64,000 bases of DNA, from positions 77,272 to 141,271 of the forward strand of contig CANGWH010000001.1 of NCBI GenBank assembly GCA_947457565.1. The letters run 5' to 3'. Of the stretch, positions 16,612-26,475 are shown piece after piece. The position numbers were made by a program, and so were the translations under genes. The notes beneath the pieces were generated by a model, which saw nothing but the letters and a program-made list of their open reading frames with translations, searched no databases and was not told the origin of the DNA. Within the stretch, counting starts at the first letter, position 1. Every line of letters begins with the position of its first letter. This DNA is from Flavobacteriales bacterium (GTDB taxonomy: Bacteria > Bacteroidota > Bacteroidia > NS11-12g > UBA955).

Positions 16612-19011
16612 ATGTTAGTAAGAAAATCGGTGTTATTGTTAATGGTTGGAGGATTTAGCCAATTATTATTTTCCCAAGGAACTTCCGAAAAGTTAATTAA
16701 TAACGACCCTTTCGCTGGTGGAGTAATTACCGATATTGCAACTGGGCAATCGAAAAAGATAATCAGTTTACAAGAGTGTTTTCAATCATCAAATAATCCA
16801 CAGCCCCCCCCATCGTTTCGTTGGAAAGGAGAATCCGCATTTACATTAATCTCTAATGATACATTGTGGGAATATTCATTAATTAAATTCAATCAAACCT
16901 TGAGTAGCAAACTTGCGCTCATCAGCAAGGACTCATTCATTGCTTTATTATCGGCTGCGATAAAAACTCCAGTAAATAAATCGGTTCGATTTCCTTTAAT
17001 TACTTGGACTTCAGCGAAAAATGGATGGTTCATTTACAACAATTCAATAATCAATATTTGGGAGCGAAATGAGGTCAATTCCTCAATTCCATCTTTCAAA
17101 TTAACCCTTAACTCAAGGTTTGCCTTTGATGATGGGTATTTACCCTATCAAACAAAGAAATTTGATGTAGTTGCCGAAGAAATTTCTGAGAATAATCAGT
17201 GGCTGGCTTTTATTGGTAATGATAATCTCTATGTACAACAATTAGAAGGCTGGACAGAGGCCGATAAAAGTACGGGCAAATATGCGGCTACGGTATATCA
17301 AGTAACTGAAGATGGAGGCAATGGTATTGTTTATGGTCAATCCGTACATCAAAATGAATTCGGAATTTCTAAAGGATTATTTTGGGGAAAACAAGGTAAG
17401 AAACTTGCATTTTACCGAATGGACGAACGCAGAGTGCCTCAATATCCATTGTTTGATATAAGCAAACGACCTGCTCAACCGGAGAAATTCAGGTATCCAA
17501 TGGCTGGAGATAGCAGTCATACTGTTACTGTTGGAATCTTCGACCCATTAAGTAAAAAACTGGTTTACATAAAAAGTGAAGGCAGTTATGATCAGTATCT
17601 CACTAACTTAACCTTTACGCCTGATGAGAAATTTCTTTATATATCTTGGGTAAATCGTGAACAAAACCGAATGGAATTAAGGAAATACAGTACGGAAAAT
17701 GGCTTACTTGCTTCTACAGATTTGGTTCTTACCCATCCTAAATATGTGGAGCCTGAAAACGGACCAACTTTTCTTCCTAATTCTAATACAAACTTTATAT
17801 TAGAACATGAAGGCAGCGGTTTTAATCATCTGTATTTATTTGAATTTAGTGCAGGTATTTCCACACCAAAAATCACCCCATTAACCAGTGGTCCATGGGA
17901 AGTCACCCAGTTTTTAGGTTTTACAGAAACCGGTAAGGCCTTTATTTATCAAAGTACGGCAAACAGTCCATTGGATAGAAATTATTATTACGGCACATTC
18001 CCAGATTCAAAAGCCAAAAATAAGGGTAAGTCTATTGAAACTAAACACTGGAATATTACTGGTGGTGAAATACAGAACGGAACGAATACAGGATTTTTAA
18101 GTTTAGGAGGGAAATATTTGGCAGTATATCATACCAGCCTAAATACCCCTATGAAGTTGGTTGTATTGCATACGGAACCGAAAGCCAATGCAGCTACCGG
18201 CCTTGTTGAGTTATACACTGCAAAAAATCCATTAGATAAATACACTTTAGGGGAAATAAAGTTACAGAAACAAAACTTCAATGGCGTGGATTTGTATTCT
18301 CGTACTATTTTACCCTATAATTTCGATGCCAACAAAAAGTACCCAGTAGTAGTTTATGTTTACGGCGGGCCGCATGCGCAAATGGTTACCAATAGTTGGT
18401 TAGGGGGCGGTAGTTTATGGATGCATTTTATGGCCAGCAGAGGATACGTAGTGTATACTATAGATAACCGTGGATCATCCCATAGAGGTTTAGATTTCGA
18501 AAGTGAAACCCACAGAAAATTAGGGGAAGTTGAGATGCAGGATCAATTAGCTGCATTGCGATGGTTAAAGCAACAAAGTTGGGTTGATAGTTCCCGTGTA
18601 GGGGTTCATGGCTGGAGCTTCGGCGGGTTTATGACTACAAGTTTAATGACTCGAGCATCTGGAAATTATAAAGTTGGTGTTGCAGGCGGTCCTGTAATTA
18701 ATTGGAACTATTACGAAATCATGTATACTGAAAGATACATGGATAAACCCCAAGAAAATCCGGATGGATTCTATACAAATAATTTAGTAGATCAAGCGAA
18801 AAATTTAAAAAACCGTTTGTTAATGATTCATGGAGCCGATGATAATGTAGTAGTTTGGCAGCATTCCTTGATGTTTTTGAATGCTTGTGTTAAATCGGGA
18901 AATGCGAATTTGGATTACTTTGTATATCCCGGCCATAAACACAATGTGGTTGGACCTGACCGTGCGCACCTGTATAAAAAAGTTTGTCAATACTTTTTTG
19001 ATCATCTTTAA
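16612..19011 (+). CDS. Dipeptidyl-peptidase IV-like S9 family serine peptidase
   Basis: N-terminal signal peptide and a beta-propeller-sized region. C-terminal alpha/beta hydrolase domain with nucleophile motif HGWSFGG, plus GADDNVV and YPGHKH. The ORF-track start 16549 overlaps dapD and was trimmed to ATG 16612 (MLVRKSVLLLMVGG). Confidence 0.85.
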   Translation: MLVRKSVLLLMVGGFSQLLFSQGTSEKLINNDPFAGGVITDIATGQSKKIISLQECFQSSNNPQPPPSFRWKGESAFTLISNDTLWEYSLIKFNQTLSSKLALISKDSFIALLSAAIKTPVNKSVRFPLITWTSAKNGWFIYNNSIINIWERNEVNSSIPSFKLTLNSRFAFDDGYLPYQTKKFDVVAEEISENNQWLAFIGNDNLYVQQLEGWTEADKSTGKYAATVYQVTEDGGNGIVYGQSVHQNEFGISKGLFWGKQGKKLAFYRMDERRVPQYPLFDISKRPAQPEKFRYPMAGDSSHTVTVGIFDPLSKKLVYIKSEGSYDQYLTNLTFTPDEKFLYISWVNREQNRMELRKYSTENGLLASTDLVLTHPKYVEPENGPTFLPNSNTNFILEHEGSGFNHLYLFEFSAGISTPKITPLTSGPWEVTQFLGFTETGKAFIYQSTANSPLDRNYYYGTFPDSKAKNKGKSIETKHWNITGGEIQNGTNTGFLSLGGKYLAVYHTSLNTPMKLVVLHTEPKANAATGLVELYTAKNPLDKYTLGEIKLQKQNFNGVDLYSRTILPYNFDANKKYPVVVYVYGGPHAQMVTNSWLGGGSLWMHFMASRGYVVYTIDNRGSSHRGLDFESETHRKLGEVEMQDQLAALRWLKQQSWVDSSRVGVHGWSFGGFMTTSLMTRASGNYKVGVAGGPVINWNYYEIMYTERYMDKPQENPDGFYTNNLVDQAKNLKNRLLMIHGADDNVVVWQHSLMFLNACVKSGNANLDYFVYPGHKHNVVGPDRAHLYKKVCQYFFDHL

Positions 19012-19089
19012 TCTATCACTTGCTAAATCTTAGCATATTTCACAGTAAATATTTACTTAAATTGCATTGAAATTGTTGGGATATTGACC

Positions 19090-19974
19090 ATGGAAGAGGC
19101 TAAGAAATTGATTTATGTGGAATGCCCAAGAGATGCCATGCAGGGCATAAAACAATTTATACCTACTGCGATTAAAATCAACTATATAAAGCATCTATTA
19201 ACCCTAGGCTTTGATGTTCTAGATTGCGGCAGTTTCGTTAATCCTGAATCCATACCACAAATGGCGGATACAGCCGAGGTGTTACAAGGAATAACCTCCA
19301 TTGAATCTGATACTAAGTTACTAGTAATTATTGCTAACGAACGAGGGGCATTGAGAGCTGCTTCATTTTCAAACATCCATTATCTTGGATATCCTTTTTC
19401 AATTAGTGAAACTTTTCAGCGCAGAAACACGAATGCTAGTAGAGACGAGGCTTATCGTAGATTAGCTAAAATACAAGATATTGCAGTTGCCTCTAATAAA
19501 GAGGTTGTTGCTTATATAAGTATGGCGTTTGGAAATCCATACGGTGACTCCTGTAGTGCGGAAGACATTATAGAATGGGGACAAAAAATAGCGGCTCTTG
19601 GAATTCGTACTATAAGTTTAGCTGATACAATTGGAAGTGCAACCGCCAACAGTATTACTTCTATTTTCACTGAAGTTAAACGGAAATTACCACACTTAAA
19701 TATTGGTTTGCATTTACATGCAAAACCCATGGACTGGCGCTCAAAAATTGAAGCTGCATATAATGCAGGTTGCAAACGATATGATGGCGCAATGGCAGGA
19801 TTTGGAGGTTGTCCTATGGCAAACGATGAATTAGTGGGGAATATCCCTACCGAGGAAGTGTTACCCTGGTTATTGAGTGCTGAAGGCCATTCAATAAAGT
19901 CTTTAAATGAAAAACTCAGCAAAACTAAAGAAATAGCTATGCTGAGTTATAAGGGAATCAATAAGAGTTACTGA
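19090..19974 (+). CDS. Hydroxymethylglutaryl-CoA lyase (HMGL-like TIM barrel)
   Basis: ECPRDAMQG, ADTIGSATA, HLHAKP and GFGGCPMA motifs. Start taken at ATG 19090; an in-frame TTG at 19084 is also possible. Confidence 0.8.
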   Translation: MEEAKKLIYVECPRDAMQGIKQFIPTAIKINYIKHLLTLGFDVLDCGSFVNPESIPQMADTAEVLQGITSIESDTKLLVIIANERGALRAASFSNIHYLGYPFSISETFQRRNTNASRDEAYRRLAKIQDIAVASNKEVVAYISMAFGNPYGDSCSAEDIIEWGQKIAALGIRTISLADTIGSATANSITSIFTEVKRKLPHLNIGLHLHAKPMDWRSKIEAAYNAGCKRYDGAMAGFGGCPMANDELVGNIPTEEVLPWLLSAEGHSIKSLNEKLSKTKEIAMLSYKGINKSY

Positions 19975-20285
19975 AAATGGTATTTTTCTACTTTCAATAA
20001 TTCAATGATTTTGTCGAGACGATCTAGCATTTCTTTTTGATGACTTCCTTGCTGCCCAGAAGCTACTGTGGAAAGGATACTTTCATCTGAATCTTCAAAT
20101 AATTCATACATAGAAACACCCAATGTTTCGCAAATTTTCTCCAAGGTGTCTACTCGCATAGTTTGTTTTTTAAGCATGTAGTGAAATCCTTGTTCACTTA
20201 AGTCACAGCGCTTAGCTAATTCCTTAATTGGAATTCTCTTGGCGGCGGCAAAGTTTTTAATCTTGTTGTAATCCAGTTTGCTCAC
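19968..20285 (-). CDS. XRE-family helix-turn-helix transcriptional regulator (orphan)
   Basis: 105 aa with a GTG start. HTH segment IPIKELAKRCDLSEQGFHYMLKKQTMRVDTLEKICETLGVSMYELF, followed by an acidic/helical tail. Overlaps the convergent HMG-CoA lyase 3' end by 7 nt. Confidence 0.65.
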   Translation of the reverse strand: MSKLDYNKIKNFAAAKRIPIKELAKRCDLSEQGFHYMLKKQTMRVDTLEKICETLGVSMYELFEDSDESILSTVASGQQGSHQKEMLDRLDKIIELLKVEKYHFQ

Positions 20286-20545
20286 GATACATTTCGATTA
20301 GGTTGCAGAATAAATGGTTTAGGTTGTTGACATTATTAACTTAATTCATAACCAAATATTTTATTAATAATTTCAAGTTTATCGATAAAGCCAGGAACCA
20401 ACAAACAAAACACATAGTCAAAACATTGATATACAACAATTTAAGTAAAAAAAATACACGTTTAAACAATCGCGTTTTTTACATATCAATGACAAAAAAT
20501 TACTTAAAAATGACCCTTAAAAATGAAATTATTTCTGTTTTAAAA

Positions 20546-21274
20546 TCAAAGTCTAGACTTGCTTATTAAAGCCAAGACAGAATCCTTATAATTTTTACCT
20601 ATCGGTAGGGTTTTTCCAGCTAAATTCAAATTAGAATTTTGAACACTTTCAATTTTATCTAACGCCACAATATAACTACGATGAATTCGTAAAAAATTGG
20701 ATTTAGGTAAAGCATTTTCCATATTTCTCATGGTTTGTAGAGTAACAATCCGCTTATCGGAGGATAACCAAATTTTAACATAATCTGCAAAAGCTTCTAC
20801 AAAATAGATATCGTTATAATAGATCTTTTGGTGTTGACCATCCACTTTAACGAAGATAAAATCAGAGGCTAAACTACTTTCTTTATCTACATTCTTTTTC
20901 AAAGCAACATATTCTTCAATTCGTTTTACGGCTTTGGCAAAACGATCGGGAGCAATAGGTTTTAATAAATAATCAAGAGCTTCAATTTCAAAAGCATCAG
21001 CAGCAAAATTTGGATGTGCGGTTGTAAAAATAATTGCATAAGGCGCTGGATATTGTCCACGAATTAAATCGAGACCATTAATGCCCGGCATTTCTATATC
21101 CGTAAACACCACATCTGGAATCTGAGCATTTTCGTTAAGCCAATGGTTAGCATCTACACCATTGCTGAAAATTTGAATAATTTCCAATTGAGAATGATTA
21201 TTGATGTGCGTTTTAATTACTTCTTGCGCCAAAGGTTCATCTTCGATTATTACACATTTAATGGTAGGATTCAT
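20546..21274 (-). CDS. LytTR-family response regulator
   Basis: Receiver domain (VIIEDEP ... FTDIEMPGINGL ... LLKP) plus a C-terminal LytTR DNA-binding domain (FLRIHRSYIVALDKI). ATGA overlap with the kinase gene. Confidence 0.9.
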   Translation of the reverse strand: MNPTIKCVIIEDEPLAQEVIKTHINNHSQLEIIQIFSNGVDANHWLNENAQIPDVVFTDIEMPGINGLDLIRGQYPAPYAIIFTTAHPNFAADAFEIEALDYLLKPIAPDRFAKAVKRIEEYVALKKNVDKESSLASDFIFVKVDGQHQKIYYNDIYFVEAFADYVKIWLSSDKRIVTLQTMRNMENALPKSNFLRIHRSYIVALDKIESVQNSNLNLAGKTLPIGKNYKDSVLALISKSRL

Positions 21275-22332
21275 AGCAATTTATTTATTAGTTGAATTTC
21301 AAGTAATGCAGAATATACTTCTTCCGTTTGGTTTATTTTTAAATTAAACTTATCGCCGTATGTTAATTTCAGCCGTTTTTTAAGATTTTCCAATCCAATT
21401 CCGCCAAATTCTGAACGCGGCTTGTTTTTGCTATTTACTGAGTTTTCAATTTTCAATGAGTATCCATCCCTTGTAGGATAACCACTTATCGCAACCCATG
21501 CGTCGTCATTTAACCCATTAGAGCCATGTTTAAATGCATTTTCCAACAAGGTTAAATATAGCATTGGTTCAATATTCATATCTATGGGTGGTTCCACCAA
21601 GTCTACAGAAATTTTAACTCTATCCCCTAATCTAATACGTTCTAATTCGATAAAATCACGTAAATGTGACAATTCCTTCTGTATATCAACTGACCCCAAA
21701 TTGGTATCGTATAAAACATAGCGTAGAATGTCACTTAATCTCAATACAACTTCTGGAGCCAGGTCTGATTTTTTCAAGGTTAATGCATATAAATTATTCA
21801 AAGAATTAAATAAAAAATGCGGATTAATTTGAGCTTTTAAAAATTTAAGTTCAGTTTCTAATTGAACCCTTGTAAGTTCTCTACTTACCCGTTGATCCTC
21901 GTACCACTGCTTCAAAAATTTCAATAGCATGGTTAGAATAACTGAAAATAAAACGCTTAAAGCCAGTAAATACAAGAAAATCGGCGACCAAACCATTGAT
22001 TGAAACTCATGATTTTCGATAATTGTATGAATAATTATTGCAATGGGAAAAGTAACTGAAAAAACAAGGAGAACTACACTAAGAACATAGGAAACATAAT
22101 TTCTAACTAATAGAAATCTCGGTATTAATAACTGAAAATTTATATATACAACAACGGCATGCAATGCAAATATTGGCAGTTGTTTTAAAATAGATACCCC
22201 AGTATTATTTGCAACCGGCAGAAACAATGCCCCTGCAATTATATAAACACCCCAAAATAATATGTGATACAGCTTGTATTTTACTACAAATTGCTGAAAT
22301 CTTTCAAGGACTTGGTCAATTCTATCTACCAA
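21271..22332 (-). CDS. Sensor histidine kinase, LytS/YehU-type (His_kinase domain)
   Basis: Four N-terminal TM segments, then LKAQINPHFLFNSLNNL (phospho-acceptor region) and an ATPase region ending GGIGLENLKKRL. Apparent TTG start 6 nt after the upstream small ORF. Confidence 0.85.
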   Translation of the reverse strand: MVDRIDQVLERFQQFVVKYKLYHILFWGVYIIAGALFLPVANNTGVSILKQLPIFALHAVVVYINFQLLIPRFLLVRNYVSYVLSVVLLVFSVTFPIAIIIHTIIENHEFQSMVWSPIFLYLLALSVLFSVILTMLLKFLKQWYEDQRVSRELTRVQLETELKFLKAQINPHFLFNSLNNLYALTLKKSDLAPEVVLRLSDILRYVLYDTNLGSVDIQKELSHLRDFIELERIRLGDRVKISVDLVEPPIDMNIEPMLYLTLLENAFKHGSNGLNDDAWVAISGYPTRDGYSLKIENSVNSKNKPRSEFGGIGLENLKKRLKLTYGDKFNLKINQTEEVYSALLEIQLINKLL

Positions 22333-22338
22333 TCTATG

Positions 22339-22563
22339 TTAAATTCCTTTAAACATCTTCAACAAACTTGCCATCGACTCTATCCATTTAGCTGTCTGTT
22401 CAATAGAAGCCTTGGTTCCCAACCAATCTGAAAATAAGTTCTTGGCAGTTTCACAATTATTGCATTCAGTGTGATTAAAATAATTGTATGCAGCAAAATA
22501 CCCTACAACATTTACAAGTAGAAGTAAGAGTATGATAATTATGTTCTTTGTTCTCTTGTTCAT
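22339..22563 (-). CDS. Small single-pass membrane protein with a CxxC motif (hypothetical)
   Basis: 74 aa. Basic N-terminus, a TM (IIIILLLLLVNVVGYFAAY), then HTECNNCE and an amphipathic helix. It is the only non-overlapping small ORF here and sits immediately upstream of the kinase. Confidence 0.5.
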   Translation of the reverse strand: MNKRTKNIIIILLLLLVNVVGYFAAYNYFNHTECNNCETAKNLFSDWLGTKASIEQTAKWIESMASLLKMFKGI

Positions 22564-22631
22564 GATAGTTATTGGTTAACAAAACAAATGCCAGTTGTTA
22601 TATAGACACATAATGCTGTCTTTTTGTTACA

Positions 22632-24614
22632 TCAAAAACGAAAATTTTTCCGAATTATTTTTGATTGCAATGCTCGTCGGTTAAATTCTAACTTATCCGA
22701 TAGAACCATTGGTTTTTCAAGATGTCCTAAATTCTCTTGATTCCCCCATATTAACAAGGAATAATCCCCTTTAAAACATAATGCACTTTGAAATCCATTG
22801 AAATTAATCATAGCCCTACCCCAAGGTTGATTTTCTTCTAAGTTACAATTTGACAGCATATACGACAAAGTGGCATATAAATCAGATTGACTCACTATTG
22901 ATTCCCATTTTCTACCTTTTAGATTTTGATTCACTGCCCCACCACCAATCCATAAAGGAATTCTAAAAAACTCGGATTCTGACCACGGCAGATCCTCCAG
23001 TCCAAATACTTTTCCATGGTCTGAAACAATAATGATAAGTGAATTATCCCAATCCTTAGGATTACTTTTTATACTTAACAGATATGTGGAAATTGCAGAA
23101 TCTAAATGTCCCATGGAAGCTTCAAACAACTGCCTATCCGTCTTAAGCTCTCTATCTAAAACAATGTCAAAGGGTTCATGGGTAGAAAGTGTTAACCATG
23201 TCCTAAATAACGGTGATTTACGACTCAAAACGCTTGAACTATTACCCTCGAAATACGGATCGTTATTTGAGTTTAACATGGATGAAGCGGTGAACATATC
23301 GGAATAACCCCACTTAATCACGGTTGGGTTTACCCGCGGGTAAATCTTGGTTTTTGGGACATTTTCATTGATGATTGAATTTTTACTTATCGATTGTTTA
23401 TCAAAAATTTCATTAAATCCCATCGTTTGTAAAAACGAGCCTTGATTGGCAAAATTGATATCGCCTCCATACCAAAATTCAGAGCGATAGTTATTTGATT
23501 GGAATAATTCAGTAAGTCCGGTTAGCCTATCCCACCGATCCGGAGAAAATAAGATTCCCGGACCGGGTTCCCCTGGCCAACCGCCAATAAGTGCAGCCAA
23601 CCCTTTATCGGTTCTATCACCTATGGAATAACATCTTGAAAAAGTTAAAAAATCAGATTCTAGTTGTTTTAATTGAGTAAATGGAGAGTTTCGTCGTTCT
23701 AACCAATGTTGGTTAATTCCTTCTAAAATTATTAAATGAATATCTGGAATTTTATGTGGATTACTTAACCAAAATTGTCTTAATTCTTGAGACAAAACCT
23801 GAAGATTTGAATATTTATTTGGCTTGTATAAATCATAAACGGTTGACTCCTGTTTTTCATCCATTAACAATAATTTCATCTGATCGGTAGATTTTACCAT
23901 TGTCATAGAATAAAAAGCATTCCAGATACCGTTTAAAGAAGCAACTTGTATTTCTATGGGTTTGGTTGATAGAGCAGAGCCCAAATTAACGGGAATTTCA
24001 GAAATTCCACCGCGGGCTAAAACTACCAGAATAGGGATTACCATAAAATATTGCCGTTGGAATGACAAATTTGTGTTTGTTAAGATTGTTTGAATTCGCT
24101 TAGGTACTATCAAAAAAACGGCTACTGTAACAATTACCACTAAAATCAAACCAAGCCATGCATTCAATGGTAATGTATCAAGCAAAATTCGCCAATGTAA
24201 AAGGTATGAAATTGCTTGAGCGTTTAATCGCCATTGCCAATAATGAAATAAGAGTATATCGGCAATTAATACCAACCCATGTGCGATAATTATCAGCGTA
24301 AAAAGAAAGGCATAAATACGCGATACATAAAATTTACATTTTAACCCAAACTCGGTCTCAGATTTAATTACTCCAGAAATTAGTAAAAACGTAAATAAGA
24401 AAAATAACAGATACCCTGTAACCGATATATCCAATCTAAAACCAAAGAATATAGATTGAAAAAAAGCGAAAGGTATATCTTCAAATTTTACGGTTGTTAA
24501 TACAAAAAATAATTTAAAAAACAGTTGGAACCCATAAAACAAGAAAAAGGCACCAAACCATAGTTTGATGCCTTTAAGATTATTTGAAAAATATGTTGTT
24601 CGTAAGCTATTCAC
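22632..24614 (-). CDS. LTA synthase family / sulfatase-like membrane protein (phosphoglycerol-transferase-like)
   Basis: About 5 N-terminal TM segments plus an extracytoplasmic alkaline-phosphatase-superfamily domain (IHLIILEGINQHW, GDRTDKGL, IIVSDHG). GTG start 2 nt after the upstream stop. Confidence 0.7.
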   Translation of the reverse strand: MNSLRTTYFSNNLKGIKLWFGAFFLFYGFQLFFKLFFVLTTVKFEDIPFAFFQSIFFGFRLDISVTGYLLFFLFTFLLISGVIKSETEFGLKCKFYVSRIYAFLFTLIIIAHGLVLIADILLFHYWQWRLNAQAISYLLHWRILLDTLPLNAWLGLILVVIVTVAVFLIVPKRIQTILTNTNLSFQRQYFMVIPILVVLARGGISEIPVNLGSALSTKPIEIQVASLNGIWNAFYSMTMVKSTDQMKLLLMDEKQESTVYDLYKPNKYSNLQVLSQELRQFWLSNPHKIPDIHLIILEGINQHWLERRNSPFTQLKQLESDFLTFSRCYSIGDRTDKGLAALIGGWPGEPGPGILFSPDRWDRLTGLTELFQSNNYRSEFWYGGDINFANQGSFLQTMGFNEIFDKQSISKNSIINENVPKTKIYPRVNPTVIKWGYSDMFTASSMLNSNNDPYFEGNSSSVLSRKSPLFRTWLTLSTHEPFDIVLDRELKTDRQLFEASMGHLDSAISTYLLSIKSNPKDWDNSLIIIVSDHGKVFGLEDLPWSESEFFRIPLWIGGGAVNQNLKGRKWESIVSQSDLYATLSYMLSNCNLEENQPWGRAMINFNGFQSALCFKGDYSLLIWGNQENLGHLEKPMVLSDKLEFNRRALQSKIIRKNFRF

Positions 24615-24616
24615 AT

Positions 24617-26473
24617 TTACTTATTCACCAACACTCTAGCTTTAAAGGACTGGTTATTGGAATCTAGTCCACTTAAAAAATACAATCCCGCAGATAGATT
24701 AGAAACATCAAACTTATTACCATAAAATTCCACTTGTACTTGAGCGCCATAAATATTGGTTACTTGAAGAAATTTAATTACCTCTACCCCATTAAGTACG
24801 GCAGTGTAGCTTGTTGGATTTGGAATTACGGATAACTCTTTGATGGACTCTTTAAGGTGTTCTACATTATTAACTACGCAATTTATATATTGATTCTTTG
24901 TTAAACTACCCGTTCCATTTGCATTTGTAGCTTCTAGTGTAACGGTATAACTACCCAAAGCATTGCATTGAATTACAGGAAATTGTGATGTAGGCGAAGT
25001 TCCATTTAAAAATGTGATAGTATTGGGAGAAATTGTCCATTTATAGGTTGTAGGATTATTAGACGATAAATCAACCAGGCGAACAGTTTCATCTTTTAAT
25101 ACATTGGTTGCATCCGCCGTAAAATCTGCAGTAGGTTTTACCGTTGTAATATTAGAAACACTGATATAATTATTTTTTGTTAGAACTTCAGTACTAGAGA
25201 CATTCGAGGCTGTTAGAGACACACTATAAGTACCGGTAGATGAAAATGCAACATAAATCACCTTATCTGTTAATTTAGAACCTGCCTTTAATGAGTAATT
25301 AGCGGGAGTAATTGTCCATGTCTGGCCCGTAGTATTGGTAGATGTACTTTTTATTTCAACTGTCTGATTAACTACTGGAGCTGTATTATTAGCTATAAAT
25401 GAAGGTATGGGTGCATCTACCAGCGTAATCTTGCGCAATACATTGTTGCCCATATCTACAGCGTAAATGGATTCGTCCGCCTTACGAAAGGATAAATGGT
25501 TGATGGTATTAAATAAAACGCCCGAACCCGTTCCGTCTTTATAACCCGCTTGAATATCACTACCTACATACACCTTTAAGTTATTACCATCCCAAACGCG
25601 TATGCAATTACCATCGGCAATATATAATTTCCCTTTAGCTACCACAACATCACTAGGCATATCTAAACCCGAAGTAATTACATTAGTAACTACGCCTGAG
25701 TTTATATTTAATCTTTTGATTTTCTTATTATTACGATCTGCAACAAGTACAATACTATCCGATTCTAGCCCAATACCATAGGGAGCATTAAATCTAGCAG
25801 CGGTACCTTTTCCGGTTGCATCCCCCGATGTTTTTGCTAGACCAGCAATGGTACTAACAACTCCAGACTTGATTAATCGAATACAATCGTTGCCAAAATC
25901 ACTAATTATAATTACGCCTTGACCATTAATTTCAACGTCTTGAGGTGCGGAAAAATAGGCAGCTGATGCAGCGCCATCTTTATGATCCCCTTCAAAAGAA
26001 TATTGCCCTGCAACCCAAGAAACAATAGCTGGATTGGAGATGTTTACATATTTACTTGATTTTCTGATCATGCCGTTATCTCTATCGCAGACAAAAACAT
26101 CATTGGTTGATGGATGCGCTGCCAATCCAGTAGGAGAACTAAATCGAGAAACAATACCCGTTCCATCGTCCGAACCTACGGCACCCGGTTCATTAGGATC
26201 CCCCATAAAACCGCCTCTTCCTAAAGATCGACCACCATCAATAACACATAGATTATGCTGATCGGATACAAATATCTTTCCATTATTGTCTACACACACA
26301 CCCTCGGGAATGCTCAGTAATTCATCAGCAACGGCAACATTTGATTGGCCAGTGAATTCACCACTACCTTGGTATTGTTTTCCAAGAACCGTAGTTACCG
26401 TTTGGGCATTTGCATCGCTTAAATTCAATAGGGTGCAAATACCAATTATCGAAATACCTATTCTAATTTTCAT
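24617..26473 (-). CDS. NHL-repeat beta-propeller + 2 PKD-like domains + T9SS type A C-terminal sorting domain protein
   Basis: Signal peptide. Repeated P.G(V/I)..D..G.I.V.D..N..I motifs. Two ~85-aa PKD-like modules (PSFIANNTAPVVNQTVEI..., ADFTADATNVLKDETVRL...). C-terminal LSVIPNPTS ... GLYFLSGL ... KARVLVNK. Confidence 0.75.
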   Translation of the reverse strand: MKIRIGISIIGICTLLNLSDANAQTVTTVLGKQYQGSGEFTGQSNVAVADELLSIPEGVCVDNNGKIFVSDQHNLCVIDGGRSLGRGGFMGDPNEPGAVGSDDGTGIVSRFSSPTGLAAHPSTNDVFVCDRDNGMIRKSSKYVNISNPAIVSWVAGQYSFEGDHKDGAASAAYFSAPQDVEINGQGVIIISDFGNDCIRLIKSGVVSTIAGLAKTSGDATGKGTAARFNAPYGIGLESDSIVLVADRNNKKIKRLNINSGVVTNVITSGLDMPSDVVVAKGKLYIADGNCIRVWDGNNLKVYVGSDIQAGYKDGTGSGVLFNTINHLSFRKADESIYAVDMGNNVLRKITLVDAPIPSFIANNTAPVVNQTVEIKSTSTNTTGQTWTITPANYSLKAGSKLTDKVIYVAFSSTGTYSVSLTASNVSSTEVLTKNNYISVSNITTVKPTADFTADATNVLKDETVRLVDLSSNNPTTYKWTISPNTITFLNGTSPTSQFPVIQCNALGSYTVTLEATNANGTGSLTKNQYINCVVNNVEHLKESIKELSVIPNPTSYTAVLNGVEVIKFLQVTNIYGAQVQVEFYGNKFDVSNLSAGLYFLSGLDSNNQSFKARVLVNK

Positions 26474-26475
26474 TG

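Noticed and set aside
20378-20389. 12-bp palindrome TTTATCGATAAA; similar short palindromes such as TACTGCAGTA near 50045 and CGATATCG near 60739; and the ATATCGAT/ATCGATAT inverted repeat at 60741-60780
   Set aside because: By my rough estimate, perfect palindromes of 10-12 bp are expected many times by chance in 64 kb of AT-rich DNA. None is followed by a T-run or repeated elsewhere in a way I could see.
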